Origin: Dehalococcoidia bacterium
GTDB lineage: Bacteria; Chloroflexota; Dehalococcoidia; DSTF01; WHTK01
Assembly: GCA_009377745.1 (NCBI GenBank)
Contig: WHTK01000013.1
Span: 1,212 to 65,211, forward strand
Reading direction: 5' to 3'
DNA: 64,000 nt
The notes beneath the pieces are model-generated. The model saw nothing but the letters and a program-made list of their open reading frames with translations. It ran no database searches and was not told the origin of the DNA. Below are positions 30,312 through 40,284 of this stretch, piece after piece. The translations under genes were made by a program, and so were the position numbers. Positions within the stretch are counted from its first letter, which is position 1. Each line of letters starts with the position of its first letter.

Positions 30312-31571
30312 TTAGTCGGCCATGATCGTGATATTAGCGCCCTGGGCCGTGTAGACCTCTTCCGGCATGTTCAGAGACGCGCCCTCGTCCGCCAGCTTCT
30401 GCTCGAAGAATTTGCGGATGTAGGGGTCCTCCATGTGATAGGGGATGGCGTTGCCGCCGTCGGTGATTTCGGCATGCTGACGGATCAACTGACCCTCTTC
30501 GACGAAGCCGCCACCACCACCGCCGGAGGCCGGGTTACCGGGCATGTTGCCGGTGTAGTTGAAGATGCGGAACGGGTCCTTACCGAAGGCAAAGTGCTGG
30601 TGGAACCAGTTGGCCGGGCCGGGAGCGGCGCTGATCATGCCGCCGGGCCAGTATTCCTGCATCCTCACTAGGTCACCCTTGCCGTTTTCCCAGGGGGTGA
30701 GGCCACCCTCTTCCTTCGGCCAGGTGAAGCTGTAGCCTTTGCCGCGCATACAGACCAGGACGGCGCCGGCAGCGTGGTTGTGGGCCTTGGCGTAGCGCCC
30801 GCTGGGGTACTCGCCGATCCAGCCCTGGATCATCGTGTTGCCGACCATGTTCGGCGCCACCCAGCGGAAGCCGGGGCCACGGTTGTTGTCCAGGGGCAGG
30901 TAGGTGGTGGAGGCGTCCGGGATGACGTTGGTCGTGATCTGCGCCCGGCCGCGCACCGGCTGGGGCTCGAAGTCCTCACCCGGCTTCCAGAAATCCTCCA
31001 GGTTGCCGCCGAAACGGTCCTCGAAGTTGAAGTAGTTGTCGAAGATGAAGGACTTGTTCTGGAAGGTGTTGATCATCCGCGGCGCCGAGTTCACGGCCAG
31101 GAGGAGTGCCGGACTCGAAGCCGTGTTGATGATCCGGAAGTTGGCGTTCAGAGGCACGCCAAAGACGCTCCACTGCTGCCACTCGAAGGAGGTCTTGGCA
31201 GACGCCCCTTCCTTCCAGACTTCGACACTGCCGCGGCCATCGAGGACGATGTAGCGCTCCTCGAAGAGGTGGCGCTGGGGGTTCAGGGCGCCACGAGCCG
31301 GCACCTCCACCACGAACATACCGGTGTCGTTGTTCGTGCCGAGGAGCTGGATGTAAGTACCCTTGCCACCAACACGCGGCCAGTCACCGCGCGGTAGGTC
31401 GCGCGAGTCCTTGATACCGATGCCCTTGAAGATCGGCAGGTTCTCTTCTTTCAGGAAGCGCTCCCAGGCCGTGGTCATCCGGACGGTATAGCTTTTCTCC
31501 TTACTCTCACCGTCCTTATGCCAGCCGGCCCGCTCTTCGCCCACCGGCTCGATGTACTGCTGCTTCGCCAT
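30312..31571 (-). CDS. Bicupin domain protein
   Basis: Two cupin motifs: PQRHLFEERYIVLDGRG and YAKAHNHAAGAV...WFHQHF; AGGAGG SD. Confidence 0.8.
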   Translation of the reverse strand: MAKQQYIEPVGEERAGWHKDGESKEKSYTVRMTTAWERFLKEENLPIFKGIGIKDSRDLPRGDWPRVGGKGTYIQLLGTNNDTGMFVVEVPARGALNPQRHLFEERYIVLDGRGSVEVWKEGASAKTSFEWQQWSVFGVPLNANFRIINTASSPALLLAVNSAPRMINTFQNKSFIFDNYFNFEDRFGGNLEDFWKPGEDFEPQPVRGRAQITTNVIPDASTTYLPLDNNRGPGFRWVAPNMVGNTMIQGWIGEYPSGRYAKAHNHAAGAVLVCMRGKGYSFTWPKEEGGLTPWENGKGDLVRMQEYWPGGMISAAPGPANWFHQHFAFGKDPFRIFNYTGNMPGNPASGGGGGGFVEEGQLIRQHAEITDGGNAIPYHMEDPYIRKFFEQKLADEGASLNMPEEVYTAQGANITIMAD

Positions 31572-31625
31572 GTTTCCTCCTCCTGAACGAACGTAGTTAT
31601 CGGCGCCGGGGCCTGCAAATTTTCG

Positions 31626-32900
31626 CTAAACGAGAGCCTTCATGTGCTCTTCCGACACTTCCTTCCAGTCGACCTGGGGGTCAACCACGAAGGCGGTGGA
31701 TCGCACCCGGTAAGCCTGCGGGTTGTGCGGCTGCACCGGCTCCTTGCCTTCCAGCATGTCGCGCGCCATCTGCAGCAGCGTCTTGCGAAACTCGATGATA
31801 CCCTTGTCCGCCGTCCCCAGGTGCTCTTCCCAGCGCGGCGATAGGGCGCCCATGCTCTCCTGGATCGAGCAGTCCTGCTCGCTTGTCCCCTGGATGCCGG
31901 TGAAGCTAGTGTCCTTCTGCAGCGGGCGGTCGATCAGGTAATCGTTCTCGATGTTGCGCACCGGGCGATAGGAGTTCGAGATCTTCAGGTCCCAGCGGCG
32001 CTCGTGCTTCTCCACCGAAGAGTGGATGCCGTAGCCGGCCAGCAGCGTTGCGATCTCTTCGTTGCCTAGAGCACGCGTCGCGTTCCAGGTAATGGTGTAA
32101 ACCCAGACGTGGTGGTCGTCCACCGGCACCCAGACGTGGCCGCTGATGCTGCGGTCCGGTGCGTCGTTGCTCGGGATCATAATCGTCCCCGGCACCATAA
32201 AAGGCCGGATGCGCCAGTAGTGCTTGCCCTCGGCCGTCACCCGGCGCGCCGCCTCAATGAAGCCGTAGTCGCGCTCCTGCAGCAGCGTCATCGGCGCCTT
32301 GTCGCCCGTCGAGAGGTTCTGCTGCTTAATGTTGTTGTTGTGCAGGTAGGAGATATGGCTGGAGTCAATGCCGCCTTCGACGGCCTGAGCCCAGTTGTTC
32401 TGCTGAAGTCGCTTGGTGACCAGGACGTTCTCGGTAGGAATGCGCGTCCACTCCAGGTAGGGCAGCTCCGGCGGCTCTTTCTCCGGCGGGCCCATATAGG
32501 CCCAAACGCAACCACCCGCTTCTTTCGTCGGGTAGGCCGCGATCTTGATCTTCTCCTTGAAGGCGGCCTCCAGGGGCTCATTAGGCATGTCCACGCACTG
32601 GCCGGTTACGTCGTACTTCCAGCCATGGTAGGTGCAGCGCAGACCGCACTCCTCATTGCGCCCCCAGAAGAGGTGGGCGTGGCGATGGGCGCAGTAGGCT
32701 GAGATCAACCCGACCTTGCCGTTCGTGTCGCGGAAGGCGAGAAGGTCCTCACCCATGATCCGGATCGCTACCGGCGGGCCATCCGCCGATGGCACCTCTT
32801 CCGAGAGGAGCACCGGCTGCCAGAAGCGCCGCAGCACTTCGCCCATAGCCGTGCCGGCGCTAACCCGGCAAAGAAGCTCTGTATCGCGTTCGCTCAGCAT
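31626..32900 (-). CDS. Rieske non-heme iron oxygenase alpha subunit (phthalate 4,5-dioxygenase/LigX-like)
   Basis: CAHR...CTYHGW Rieske motif; EGGIDSSHISYLH mononuclear Fe motif; QDCSIQESMG. Confidence 0.9.
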   Translation of the reverse strand: MLSERDTELLCRVSAGTAMGEVLRRFWQPVLLSEEVPSADGPPVAIRIMGEDLLAFRDTNGKVGLISAYCAHRHAHLFWGRNEECGLRCTYHGWKYDVTGQCVDMPNEPLEAAFKEKIKIAAYPTKEAGGCVWAYMGPPEKEPPELPYLEWTRIPTENVLVTKRLQQNNWAQAVEGGIDSSHISYLHNNNIKQQNLSTGDKAPMTLLQERDYGFIEAARRVTAEGKHYWRIRPFMVPGTIMIPSNDAPDRSISGHVWVPVDDHHVWVYTITWNATRALGNEEIATLLAGYGIHSSVEKHERRWDLKISNSYRPVRNIENDYLIDRPLQKDTSFTGIQGTSEQDCSIQESMGALSPRWEEHLGTADKGIIEFRKTLLQMARDMLEGKEPVQPHNPQAYRVRSTAFVVDPQVDWKEVSEEHMKALV

Positions 32901-32934
32901 TTGTTGGTCCTTTCCTTCGTGACTTGGTCCTCCG

Positions 32935-34722
32935 CTAGGATGGTAGCTTTGACTTATCGAGCCAGAGGTGTGGGTAAAGCTCGGCCGCGGTGGCGCCGGC
33001 GTACTGGACGAACCAGCCCCGGTTGCCCAGGTACGGCCACTGGATCGCGAAGTCCATGGAGAGTCCGCCGACGGGCGCCGCCGGCATGTGGACGGCCATC
33101 TTGCGCTGGATCTCCTTGATCAACTCGTTACGCTTGGCGGAGTCGAACTCCCGGCGCTGCGCCTCAAGGAGATCGTTGATCGCGGTGGGAAGAGTCTCGG
33201 CGATGTAGGTCGCGCGCCCGTCCTTCGTGTACTTCGCCGCGAAGTGGGTGTCGATGTCCGGACCGGCCGAGGAAGGCAGCATCGCCAGGCCATCGAAGTT
33301 CGCCTTGCCGTTGAGGTACTTCGGGTTGTACTCCACGTCATAGTCAACGACGTTCGGCTTAATCGTGATGCCGCCCTGGCTCAGCATGTCCATCAGGACT
33401 TCGCCCTGCTTTGGCCAGGCGCTGCTGTAGCGGTTGGTTGCGAAGTAGCTGAAGTCCGATGTCAGGTTCGCCTGCGAGGCGGCGCTCATGAGCTTTTTCG
33501 CCTCGGCGATGTCGTACTGGAAGAACTTGGCGCCTTCACCCAGCTCTTTCTGGTTGCGCTGAGGGTCGATCCAGCGTCCCTCCTCGCCGGCCGAGATGTG
33601 GGTCGCCCAGCGCGTCTCCACGTCGAAGCCCTGGTCCCGGAAGACCGACGGCGCGAAGTTCAACTCGATCATCGCATCACGGTCGAGCATCATCGAGATG
33701 GCCTGTCTCACCCGCTGGTCGCGGAATGGCGAGTCGGGCTTCCAGCCGTAGACGACGACTTGCGGCGGGTTGCGGGAGAAGGCGCCGGCAGACAGAAGCT
33801 CCATCTGCGGATTGCGCTTCTTGACGTCGATCATATCGAACTGGTCGACATCGAACTCCCAGATGTTGCCGGCTTCGAACTGAGACAGGCCGGTCGCGTA
33901 CTCGGTGATGATCGGCCGGCTGATGCCGTCCAGGAACGGCCGATCCTTGACGTAATAGTTGGGGTGCTTGACGAACTGGTACTCAGCGCTGGGAGAGTAC
34001 TTTTCCAGCAGCCAGGGACCGCTGCCGCGCATATCCTGCTTGGCGTTGAACTTGTCTTCAGCCTCCGTGGGCTGGATCACCAGGTACCAGTGATAGCCCA
34101 GCATCGGCAGCAAGGGCGAGTAGGGGAACTTCAGTTTCGCGACGATTGTTTGCTGATCCGGCGCCGTCATCGAAATTATCGGCGCCGTTGGATTGGCTTC
34201 GTTCGCCAACACACCGCGGGTGCCGGCGAGGGTTGAATACTGACTCCAGCTGTACATGACATCGGCCGCGGTCAGGTTCTTGCCATTGGTCGGCGGCCGA
34301 GGATCGAACTTCATCCCGGGGCGTAGCTTGAACGTGACCGATAGCCCGTCGCCGGCAACCTCCCAGCTCGTGGCCGCGTCGCCTTCGACCTCGCCCGTCG
34401 GCCTGTTTTCCTGCGTCCCGAGCTCGTACTTCAGCAGGCGGCTCAGGGAGTAATTGGAGATCGCCGGTACGGTGGAGGCGGCCTGAGTGAGAGGGTCGAA
34501 TCCCGGCGAGTCCGAGGAGACGAACGACTTCCAAGTGCCGCCAGGCGTCGCCTTGGGCGTGCTGTCCTTCACGACGCCGAGCAAGCTGGTGGAGTCGCTG
34601 CCACCCTCGTCGCCACCGCCGCAAGCAGCCAGTAGAGCCGCAGCGCCGACGCCGGCGCCAACGCCCGCCAGAGCTCGCCGCCGCGTAATCCGCCTGTTCC
34701 GGTAAGAGTCCCAGTAAGACAC
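32935..34722 (-). CDS. ABC transporter substrate-binding protein, family 5 (Tat lipoprotein)
   Basis: GTG start after GAGGGGG; TRRRAL, LAAC, VTFKLRPGMKF, FRDQRVRQAISM. Confidence 0.9.
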   Translation of the reverse strand: MSYWDSYRNRRITRRRALAGVGAGVGAAALLAACGGGDEGGSDSTSLLGVVKDSTPKATPGGTWKSFVSSDSPGFDPLTQAASTVPAISNYSLSRLLKYELGTQENRPTGEVEGDAATSWEVAGDGLSVTFKLRPGMKFDPRPPTNGKNLTAADVMYSWSQYSTLAGTRGVLANEANPTAPIISMTAPDQQTIVAKLKFPYSPLLPMLGYHWYLVIQPTEAEDKFNAKQDMRGSGPWLLEKYSPSAEYQFVKHPNYYVKDRPFLDGISRPIITEYATGLSQFEAGNIWEFDVDQFDMIDVKKRNPQMELLSAGAFSRNPPQVVVYGWKPDSPFRDQRVRQAISMMLDRDAMIELNFAPSVFRDQGFDVETRWATHISAGEEGRWIDPQRNQKELGEGAKFFQYDIAEAKKLMSAASQANLTSDFSYFATNRYSSAWPKQGEVLMDMLSQGGITIKPNVVDYDVEYNPKYLNGKANFDGLAMLPSSAGPDIDTHFAAKYTKDGRATYIAETLPTAINDLLEAQRREFDSAKRNELIKEIQRKMAVHMPAAPVGGLSMDFAIQWPYLGNRGWFVQYAGATAAELYPHLWLDKSKLPS

Positions 34723-34957
34723 GATACCCCCTCTATGAGCTAATAAGATTCGGCCATATCTTAGCTCAAAGGAGCGCGGTTTGGCGCGGTTTGCGGAATA
34801 GAGTTTCCGCATCTTCCTGGGAGCGGTGCAAACTCGTCGCCGGGCGCACCTTTAGCTTTCGCGTCTGGACGGGCGTCCCCGCCGCGATTAAGATCGCCGC
34901 GGACATCTCGCCAACAAGGCGCATCGAAGCGTTGAGAAGGGAAAAAGGAGACCTCTT

Positions 34958-35779
34958 ATGGCACTACCGCTTGAGGGCAAAGTTGCAATCGTTACCGGAA
35001 GCTCGCGCGGCATCGGCAAGGGCATTGCTGTCTGTCTGGCCGAGGCCGGCGCCGACATCGCCGTCTGCGCGCGCAGCGACGATGCTGCCGCCAATCCCCT
35101 GGGTTCGATCAACAAGACAGCCGCCGAAATTCAGGCCCTCGGCCGCAAGGCCATCGCCGTCAAGCTGGACGTCACCAATGATGACCAGTGTCGCGCCGCT
35201 ATCGACCAGATCCAGCGCGAGCTTGGCCGCGTCGACATTCTGGTTAACAACGCTGCCCGCATGGGATTCGGCGGCGGCGACTACTGGGGCAGCACCCCGG
35301 ACAACATCGATGCCTACTACCAGACCAACCTGCGCGCGCCCTACTTCCTGACGCTGCTTGTGGCGCCAATTATGGAGGCCCAGGGTGGCGGCGCCGTCTT
35401 CAACATCACGTCCGGCGGCGCCAACCTGCCTGCACCGCCCAAGGCAGACTTCAAGCTCTCAGCCGGACGCACCTACGTTGGCTACGGCATCACCAAGGCG
35501 GCGATGAACCGCTGGGTGACCGGTGTAGCCGGCGAGCTGCTGCTCCATAAGGTCGCGATTGTCGCCGTCGATCCCGGGCGCACGGTTGTCGAGCGCAACC
35601 TCGTCACGCCTGTCCCCGGGGTTGACTACTCCGACGCCAACACGCCCGAGACCAGCGGCCGCGCCATCGCCTTCATGGCCCAGGACCCGATGTCCTTTAC
35701 GGGCAAAGTCGTGGTCTCGAAGGAGATTGTCGACCAGAACAAGCTGGAGATGACCGGACGCATGCCCAGCCTCGAGTAG
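34958..35779 (+). CDS. SDR family oxidoreductase
   Basis: TGSSRGIG, LVNNA, YGITK. Confidence 0.9.
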   Translation: MALPLEGKVAIVTGSSRGIGKGIAVCLAEAGADIAVCARSDDAAANPLGSINKTAAEIQALGRKAIAVKLDVTNDDQCRAAIDQIQRELGRVDILVNNAARMGFGGGDYWGSTPDNIDAYYQTNLRAPYFLTLLVAPIMEAQGGGAVFNITSGGANLPAPPKADFKLSAGRTYVGYGITKAAMNRWVTGVAGELLLHKVAIVAVDPGRTVVERNLVTPVPGVDYSDANTPETSGRAIAFMAQDPMSFTGKVVVSKEIVDQNKLEMTGRMPSLE

Positions 35780-35792
35780 GCATCTTCACGGG

Positions 35793-35838
35793 CAAAGAGA
35801 AGCGACAGGGCCGGTTATGGCCCTGTCGCTTCTCTTTG
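35793..35838. terminator. Bidirectional intrinsic terminator
   Basis: CAAAGAGAAGCGACAGGGCC / GGCCCTGTCGCTTCTCTTTG 20-bp stem between convergent genes. Confidence 0.8.
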
Positions 35839-35850
35839 TGGTTGGCTTGC

Positions 35851-36129
35851 TTACCCGTTCGCCTTCGGCTCGAACTCCGTGATCAGCAGCTGGGCGCGGC
35901 TGCTGCGGGCGGCCTCGTCCTTGATCGCCTCGAAGATGACCTTGTTCGGGCCAAGCTCGTGGATCTTGTGGCCGGTGTTGGCCTTGTGCTTCTTGATTTC
36001 CTCTTCCAGGTTGTCCGTCTGGCCGATGAAAATCATGTCACCGCCGTGATCCGTAATGCCATAGACGCCGCCAATGGTGGGCTGATCGCCTCCAAAGGGG
36101 AAGTTGTACGAGTTCGTAAAAGGCATCAT
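35851..36129 (-). CDS. Small stand-alone GIY-YIG-like protein, catalytic residues degenerate
   Basis: GGAGG SD; GVYGITDHGGDMIFIGQTDNL...LLITEFEPKAN. Confidence 0.65.
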   Translation of the reverse strand: MMPFTNSYNFPFGGDQPTIGGVYGITDHGGDMIFIGQTDNLEEEIKKHKANTGHKIHELGPNKVIFEAIKDEAARSSRAQLLITEFEPKANG

Positions 36130-36247
36130 GACCTCCATCGCTATACCCCGCTTGGGGCTCCCGTGTTCTACGGGGGCGATCATAAACTCCGCGAGAATAA
36201 TGTCAAGGCAAATCCCGCCATTGAGCCCGTCAATCTAGACTTCCCCC

Positions 36248-36295
36248 TGTCGTTGCGAGCCATCGGCGTCAGCCGAGGCGTGGCAACCTTTGACC
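36248..36295 (+). repeat. Palindromic intergenic repeat family A, copy 1
   Basis: TGTCGTTGCGAGCCATCGGCGTCAGCCGAGGCGTGGCAACCTTTGAC; near-identical copies at 41697 and 45521. Confidence 0.85.
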
Positions 36296-36340
36296 GCCCG
36301 TTCGCTGATTGTCCACCGAGATTAATGAGCGGTGCTTGCC

Positions 36341-37516
36341 CTAGAACGACATGTCCAGCCGCACTTCGCCCGTCACCCCAACCTGATAGGCCGAGACCCG
36401 CCGCTCGAAGAAGTTGGCCAACTCCGGCACGTCCTGCAGGTCCATGAACGCGAACGGATTACGCGCGCCGTATCGCCGCGCCAGCCCCAGCGTAGTCAGG
36501 CGCTGGTCGGCGCAGAACTCCAGGTACTGCCGCATTGAGGCCGGGGAAAGCCCGGCGACACCGCCACCCAGCAAGTCCTCCGCGAACGCCGTCTCGCAGA
36601 CGATGGCGTCCTCCATCATGTCGTAGATGGCCTGGCGCATCTCCTCATCGAACAGCTCCGGCTCTTCCTGCTGAACTGTCTTGATCACTTCGAAGGCGAA
36701 GACCATGTGGCAGCTCTCGTCCCTGAACACCCAATTCGTGCCACCCGCGAGGCCGTGCAGCAGCCCCCGCGACCGCAGAAAGTAGACATAAGCGAAGGCA
36801 GCAAAGAAGAACAGACCCTCGGTGCAGGCAGCGAAGCAGATCAGGTTGAGCAGGAACTGCCGCCGCTCCTCGCGCGTGTTCAGCTGCTCCAGTCTGTAGG
36901 TCGAGTCCAACCAGCGCAGGCAGAAGTCCGCTTTGCGCTGGATCGAGGGGATGTTCTCGATCGCCGCGAAAGCCCGGAATCGCTCCTCCGGGTCGGGGAC
37001 GTAGGTGTCGAGCAGCGTCAGATAGAACTGGATGTGCAGCGCCTCTTCGTAGAGCTGCCGCGAGAGGTACATCCGCGCTTCCGGCGCGTTGATGTGCTTG
37101 TAGAGGTTCAGCACCAGGTTGTTCGAGACAATCGAATCTCCGGTGGCGAAGAAGGCGACCAGCCGGTGCACCAGGTGCCGCTCCGCATCCGTCATCTTCT
37201 GGCGCAGGTCGCCCACATCGGTCGAGAAGTCCACCTCCTCGACGGTCCAAGTGTTCTTGATCGCCGACCGGTACATCTCAAAGAAGACCGGGTAGCTCAT
37301 CGGCCGCAGCGTCAGGCAGAGGCCGGGGTCCAGCAGTCGCGCCGGCCGGCTGACTTGATTCCTTGAAGCCGCGTTCAGATGCGCCGGTATCTCCTGCCCG
37401 TTTGCCAGCTTGCCAGTTTGTCCGGGGGTGGTAGGGAAGGGAGGTTGATCCTGCCCGGATGCTTGTATGCCCGTATGCCTGGGGGCGTGGAAGGGAGGTT
37501 GGGTCGTCACTGGCAT
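36341..37516 (-). CDS. nrdB: Ribonucleotide reductase class Ia beta subunit
   Basis: FFATGDSIV, EEALHIQFY (radical Tyr), EGLFF, RDESCH, NFFERRVSAY; start uncertain (37516 or 37510, overlapping the nrdA stop). Confidence 0.93.
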   Translation of the reverse strand: MPVTTQPPFHAPRHTGIQASGQDQPPFPTTPGQTGKLANGQEIPAHLNAASRNQVSRPARLLDPGLCLTLRPMSYPVFFEMYRSAIKNTWTVEEVDFSTDVGDLRQKMTDAERHLVHRLVAFFATGDSIVSNNLVLNLYKHINAPEARMYLSRQLYEEALHIQFYLTLLDTYVPDPEERFRAFAAIENIPSIQRKADFCLRWLDSTYRLEQLNTREERRQFLLNLICFAACTEGLFFFAAFAYVYFLRSRGLLHGLAGGTNWVFRDESCHMVFAFEVIKTVQQEEPELFDEEMRQAIYDMMEDAIVCETAFAEDLLGGGVAGLSPASMRQYLEFCADQRLTTLGLARRYGARNPFAFMDLQDVPELANFFERRVSAYQVGVTGEVRLDMSF

Positions 37517-39939
37517 GCCTCACAGGTCTCTGGATTCTCGAGCGAGCAGGCGATCGCGTCGGCGTCCGAATAGACCGGCGCCGCAACCAGCGGCACGATC
37601 TCGTCCGCTTCCGTCGATACCGTTGCCTTGGCGATTGAGGTCGCCGGCCGCGATCGCAAATAGTACGTCGTTTTGAGCCCCTTCTTCCAGGCGTAGAAGT
37701 ACATCGAGGACAGCTGGCCGATGTTCGGGCTCTCCGCGAACAGGTTCAGCGACTGGCTCTGGTCGATATAGGCGCCGCGGTCCGCCGCCATGTCGATCAG
37801 CGAGGCCATCGGCAGCTCCCAGGCGGTGCGGAAGATCGCCCGCACATCCTCCGGTAGCTCCCCGATGCCTTGTACGGAACCCTCTGACAGCTTCAGCCGC
37901 GACCGCATGGCCTCCGTCCACAACCCCAGCCGCTTCATCTCCGCGACCAGGTAGTGGTTGACCTGGATGAAGTCACCCGAGAGCGTCTCGCGCTTGAACA
38001 GGTTGGAGACCTGGGGCTCGATGCACTCGTAAGCGCCCGTTATCGAAGCGATAGTCGCCGTCGGGGCGATCGCGATCAGCAGCGAGTTGCGCAGTCCGGT
38101 ATGGCGGATGCGCTCTCGCAGCGCGCCCCAGCGCGACGCGTCTTCCGGCTTCGCCTCCCAGGCATCGAACTGAAGCTCGCCCCGCGCCGCCCGCGTCTCC
38201 GCGAAGGCAGAGTGCGCCCCCCGCTCCTCCGCCAGTTCGCAGGATGCCGTCAGCGCCTGGAAGTAGACCTCCTCCGAGATGCGCTGCGACAGCCCACGCG
38301 ACTCAGCCGCGTCGAAGGGCAGGCGCATCTGGAAGAAGACGTCCTGCAGTCCCATCAGTCCCAGGCCCACCGGGCGCCACTTGCTGTTCGAGGTGGCCGT
38401 CGACGGGATCGGGTAGTAAGTCAGGTCGATGACGCGGTCGAGCTGCCGAACCGCCGTCCGCACCGTCTTCGCCAGCTTGTCGAAGTCGAAGTGGATGCGG
38501 CCGTCCTCGTCCGCGAAGGTGTGACGCGCCAGGTTGATCGATCCCAGGTTGCAGACCGCGGTCTCACCCTCGGAAGTCACCTCGATGATCTCGGTGCAGA
38601 GGTTAGAGTTGTGCACCACCCGGCCCGGCAGCGCTGTCTGGTTGCTGGTCAGGTTGGAGCGGTCCTTGAAGGTCATCCAGCCGTTGCCGGTCTGCGCCAG
38701 AGTCCGCATCATCCGCGCGTAGAGCTCTCGCGCCGGCAACGTCTGTGTTGCCAGTCCAGCCGCCTCCGCCTCCTCGTAAGCTGCCTCGAACTCCGGGCCG
38801 TAAAGGTCCGTGAAGCCCGGCACGGCCTTGGGATCGAAGAGGCTCCATGACCCGTCCGCCTCGACGCGACGCATGAACAGGTCAGGCGCCCACAGCGCCA
38901 GGTTGAGGTTGTGCGTCCGCCGTGCCTCGTCGCCGGTGTTCTCGCGCAGCTCCAGGAACTCCTCCACGTCGGCGTGCCAGGGCTCCAGGTAGACGCAGCA
39001 GGCGCCCTTGCGCTTGCCTCCCTGGTTCACCGCCGCCACCGACGCGTCCAGCGTCTTCAGCCACGGCACGATGCCGTCCGAGTAGCCGTTCGTCCCGGCG
39101 ATCAGCGACCCCCGCGACCGCACCCTGTGGTAGGCCACGCCGATGCCGCCGGAGAACTTCGAGAGCAGGGCAATGTCCGTGTAGAGCTGGTAGATGCTCT
39201 CCAGCGTGTCCTCCGGCGAGTCCAGCAGGAAGCAGCTCGATAGCTGCTCGTAGCGGGTACCGGCGTTGAACAGGGTCGGCGAGCTGGGTATGTATTCCAG
39301 CGACGAGAACAGTCTGTACAGCTCCAGCGCCTCCGGCACCGTCTCTGACAGCGCGCAGGCAATGCGCATGAAGAACTGCTGCGGCGTTTCGATCGCCAGT
39401 CGCGTCTGAGGGTGCTTCAGCAGGTAACGGTCGTACAGCGTCCTCAGCCCGAAGTACTCGAACTCCCGGTCCAGCTCCGGCTCGATCGCGTCGTTGAGCT
39501 TGCGGGCGTTGTCGGCCACGAAGCTGCCCAGCCGGTCGTTGATCAGCCCGACGCCGCGTCCGCAGGCAATCGACTGCGAGAAGGAGTAGATCTCCTGGTT
39601 ATGGACCTCTTTCTCGATATATGTAGCTAATAACCGCGCCGCCGCCCTGGCGTACTGAGGCTCCTCGTAGATCAGCCCCGCCGCCGTCTGGATCGAGAGC
39701 CGGTCCAGCTCCCGCGTCGTCGCGCCGTCGTAGAGGCCGCTGATCGTCTTGGTCGCCACTCGCAGCGGGTCGACATCGTTCAGCCCGGCGCAGCTGCGGC
39801 CCACGGCGCGCACGATCTTGTTCACGTCGACAGGCTCGCTGCTGCCGTTGCGTTTCGTGACCCGCATCGCCGTCTGCGGGTAGTCGCCGGCGTCGTCGCG
39901 TCCGGCTTCGAATCGGGAAATAGAGGTTTCACTCGCCAT
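37507..39939 (-). CDS. nrdA: Ribonucleotide reductase class Ia alpha subunit with ATP cone
   Basis: AAGGAG SD; VTKRNG ATP cone; PSSPTLFN, SSCF, SNLCTEI, APTATIA, LKTTYYLR, C-terminal CEAC. Confidence 0.96.
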   Translation of the reverse strand: MASETSISRFEAGRDDAGDYPQTAMRVTKRNGSSEPVDVNKIVRAVGRSCAGLNDVDPLRVATKTISGLYDGATTRELDRLSIQTAAGLIYEEPQYARAAARLLATYIEKEVHNQEIYSFSQSIACGRGVGLINDRLGSFVADNARKLNDAIEPELDREFEYFGLRTLYDRYLLKHPQTRLAIETPQQFFMRIACALSETVPEALELYRLFSSLEYIPSSPTLFNAGTRYEQLSSCFLLDSPEDTLESIYQLYTDIALLSKFSGGIGVAYHRVRSRGSLIAGTNGYSDGIVPWLKTLDASVAAVNQGGKRKGACCVYLEPWHADVEEFLELRENTGDEARRTHNLNLALWAPDLFMRRVEADGSWSLFDPKAVPGFTDLYGPEFEAAYEEAEAAGLATQTLPARELYARMMRTLAQTGNGWMTFKDRSNLTSNQTALPGRVVHNSNLCTEIIEVTSEGETAVCNLGSINLARHTFADEDGRIHFDFDKLAKTVRTAVRQLDRVIDLTYYPIPSTATSNSKWRPVGLGLMGLQDVFFQMRLPFDAAESRGLSQRISEEVYFQALTASCELAEERGAHSAFAETRAARGELQFDAWEAKPEDASRWGALRERIRHTGLRNSLLIAIAPTATIASITGAYECIEPQVSNLFKRETLSGDFIQVNHYLVAEMKRLGLWTEAMRSRLKLSEGSVQGIGELPEDVRAIFRTAWELPMASLIDMAADRGAYIDQSQSLNLFAESPNIGQLSSMYFYAWKKGLKTTYYLRSRPATSIAKATVSTEADEIVPLVAAPVYSDADAIACSLENPETCEACQ

Positions 39940-40090
39940 CGCTCGCTCCTTTAGCGGGGACTTTAGGCGCCGAGGCGAGTGGTCGGAAGATGAAGACGTC
40001 ACCCCTCACTGGGATGACGCTCGTAACCCACCGGCCGGCCCTCCCCGAGGCCTCCAGGGTCGAGCTACCACCGGTTGTCTCTCCGATGGC

Positions 40091-40279
40091 AGGCGCTGGC
40101 AGGTGTTCTGACTCGCGAGCTTGCCGGCTGCTGCCGGTTTCCTACTGTCCGCCGCTTCCCAGTCCGGAGACCAGTGCTATTGGCGAAGGTCGTTCTCGCT
40201 TACAGATGCGGGGTAGGCAGTCCCGGATTCACACCGGGTTCCCTTTTCAGCCCCGACTCATCGCCGGAGCACCAGAGCA
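40091..40279 (-). ncRNA. Cobalamin (AdoCbl) riboswitch upstream of nrdA
   Basis: Minus strand GGTGCTCC...AAAAGGGAACCCGGTGTGAATCCGGGACTG..CCCCGCATCTGT...GCACTGG...CTGGGAAG...GAGTCAGAACACCTGCC (B12 box). Confidence 0.92.
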
Positions 40280-40284
40280 AGCGG

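Noticed and set aside
35851..39939. Homing endonuclease, intron or intein associated with nrdAB
   Set aside because: nrdA and nrdB are uninterrupted and of normal length; the GIY-YIG-like ORF is short, separate and lacks catalytic residues
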